A DNA stretch of 64,000 bases, taken from contig OZ024740.1 in NCBI GenBank assembly GCA_964016885.1, positions 315,332,001-315,396,000 of the forward strand. Reading direction: 5' to 3'. Source of the stretch: Eledone cirrhosa (taxonomy: Eukaryota). This document shows, one piece after another, positions 60,790 through 64,000 of this stretch (positions are counted from its first letter, which is position 1; the number at the start of each line of letters is the position of its first letter). A model generated the notes under the pieces. That model was not told the origin of the DNA. It saw only the letters and a list, made by a program, of their open reading frames with translations, and searched no databases. Both the position numbers and the translations under genes were made by a program.

Positions 60790-63320
60790 CATCACTGCCA
60801 GTACCAATACTACCACCAACACCACCACCACCAGCATCACTGCCAGTACCGATACTACCACCAACACCACCACCAGCATCACCACCAATACCACCAATAC
60901 TACCATCACCACCACCACCAAGACTACTACCTCCCGCACACCATCAACATCATGACCATCATCACCACCAACACAACTACCACCACTGCACCATCATCAC
61001 CACCACCCCTACATCATTACCACCGCCACCATCACCGCCACACCAGTGCCACTACCAGTACCACAACCACCAACACCACAACCACCCGCACACCATCAAC
61101 ACCACTACCATCATCGCCCCCCCCCCCACCACCACCACCACCAGTACCACCACTACCAACACCACTACCACCCCAACACCACTACCACCCCCAACACCAC
61201 TACCACCCCCAACACCACCAACATTACCATCACTACCAGTACCACCACTACACCAACACCAACACCACTACCAACACCAACACCACTGCCACCCCCAACA
61301 CCACCAACATTACCACCACTACCAGTACCACCACTAACACCAACACCAACACCACTACCACCCCAACACCACTACCACCCCCAACACCACCAACATTACC
61401 ATCACTACCAGTACCACCACTACACCAACACCAACACCACTACCAACACCAACACCACTGCCACCCCAACACCACCAACATTACAATCACTACCAGTACC
61501 AACACCAACACCAACACCAACACCACTGCCACCACCAACACCACTACCACCCCCAACACCACCAACATTACCATCACTACCAGTACCACCACTACACCAA
61601 CACCAACACCACTACCACCACCAACACCACTACCACCCCAACACCACCAACATTACCATCACTACCAGTACCACCACTACACCAACACCAACACCACTAC
61701 CACCACCAACACCACTACCACCCCAACACCACCAACATTACCATCACTACCAGTACCACCACTACACCAACACCAACACCACTACCAACACCAACACCAC
61801 TGCCACCCCCAACACCACCAACATTACCACCACTACCAGTACCACCACTAACACCAACACCAACACCACTACCACCCCAACACCACTACCACCCCCAACA
61901 CCACCAACATTACCATCACTACCAGTACCACCACTACACCAACACCAACACCACTACCAACACCAACACCACTGCCACCCCCAACACCACCAACATTACA
62001 ATCACTACCAGTACCAACACCAACACCACTGCCACCCCAACACCACTACCACCCCCAACACCACCAACATTACCACCACTACCAGTACCACCACTAACAC
62101 CAACACCAACACCACTACCAACACCACTACCACCCCAACACCACTACCACCCCAACACCACTACCACCCCCAACACCACCAACATTACCAGCACCACCAG
62201 TACCACCACTAACACCAACACCACTACCACCCCAACACCACCAACATTACCACCACTACCAGTACCACCACTACACCAACACCAACACCACTACCACCAC
62301 CAACACCACTACCACCCCAACACCACCAACATTACCACCACTACCAGTACCACCACTACACCAACACCAACACCACTGCCACCACCAACACCACTACCAC
62401 CCCCAACACCACCAACATTACCACCACTACCACTACCACCACCAACACCAACACCAACACCACTATCACTCCCAGCACCACTACCACCCCAACACCACCA
62501 ACACCACTACCACCCCCAACACCACCAACATTACCACCACTACCACTACCACCACCACTACCACCACCAACACCACTATCACTCCCAGCACCACCAACAT
62601 TACCAGCACCACCACCAACACCACCAACACCAACACCAACACCACTGCCACCACCAACACCACTACCACCCCAACACCACCAACATTACCACCACTACCA
62701 GTACCACCACTACACCAACACCAACACCACTGCCACCACCAACACCACTACCACCCCCAACACCACCAACATTACCACCACTACCACTACCACCACCAAC
62801 ACCAACACCAACACCACTACCACCCCCCAACACCACCAACATTACCAGCACCACCACCAACACCACCAACACCAACACCAACACCACTGCCACCACCAAC
62901 ACCACTACCACCCCCAACACCACCAACATTACCACCACTACCACTACCACCACCAACACCAACACCAACACCACTACCACCACCAACACCACTACCACCG
63001 CCAACATCACCAACATTACCAGCATCACCAGCACCACCACCAACACCAACACCAACACCACTACCAACACCAACACCACTACCACCGCCAACACCACCAA
63101 CATTACCACTACCACCAGCACCACCACTACACCAACACCACCACCAACACCAACACCAACACCACTGCCACCGCCAACACCACCAACATTACCAGCACCA
63201 CCAGCACCACCACCAACACCAACACCAACACCACTACTACCACCAACACCACTACCACCCCCAACACCACCAACATTACCAGCACCACCAGCACCACCAC
63301 TACACCGCTACCACCAGCTG
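60790..63320. repeat. ACC-rich cryptic minisatellite (about 60-bp composite units)
   Basis: Recurring caacaccaccaacattaccatcactaccagtaccaccactac. Confidence 0.9.
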
Positions 63321-63734
63321 TTGCTGCTAATAATATTGGATTTCTAGGAAAACAATGTCAAAGGTGAAAGAATAACGCCGAAAATAATTGTTGGTTTACA
63401 TGCTTCAGTAACTGCATGAGATATATCATTGAAGAAACTGTCAGATGGAGCCATGAAAGAGATTCTGGAGAAAGCCGCTCTCTACCAGACTTAAATCAAA
63501 CACGACAAATGAGCAGGAATAGAATATTGACATGTATTGTTTTGTTCTCACTCATTCATTCAATCCTTCTACCATGACACAGTCATATATATATAATTTG
63601 TAATAAACGAAGCCAAATTTTACATATTTGACTTAATTATTTTACATTACTCCGGAGTAAATAAACCAACCTGCGTACTTCGTCACTTCGTCGAGTGCTC
63701 CAATCTGCATACTGAGGTGTCGGTAAACAACCAC

Positions 63735-63860
<126 letters not shown>

Positions 63861-64000
63861 ATATATGTGTGAATATGAAAACAAACGTGCTGCGTGGTTG
63901 CAAATGGGTTACATATGAATAAAGTTAGTCCTTCATCAGTGATCTTCCAACCTTCATTGGTATTTCATCGCTTTAAAGACCATATACCTCCGGTTGGTGC

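Noticed and set aside
60762-63127. Mucin/extensin-like Pro/Thr/His ORFs
   Set aside because: ACC-rich minisatellite whose indels shift the frame repeatedly.

Overview
AT-rich eukaryotic non-coding DNA crowded with (TA)n, (CA)n and (CATA)n microsatellites. The repeat content suggests an octopus/cephalopod genome (inference). No complete host gene is supportable, and nearly all short ORFs are microsatellite artefacts. Recognisable content: (1) three adjacent 5'-truncated Penelope-like elements (PLEs; RT + GIY-YIG) at 13.1-25.1 kb, each carrying an inverted copy of its own 3' end; (2) about 11 minimal type I hammerhead ribozyme motifs from several PLE families; (3) many tiny fold-back PLE remnants in (TA)n whose symmetry centres fall on or next to hammerhead cores; (4) a near full-length, frameshifted L1/Tx1-clade LINE in an (AAT)n tract; (5) R4/Dong-like, RTE-like and CRE-like fragments; (6) tRNA-derived SINEs and an RTE-like non-autonomous family with a covarying 3' stem-loop; (7) hAT, hATm, mariner and Helitron relics; (8) 51-bp and 75-bp tandem arrays; (9) a diverged, exon-like paralogous pair at about 0.4 kb and 48.7 kb. 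All calls were made by eye; family names come from motif recall and need database confirmation.
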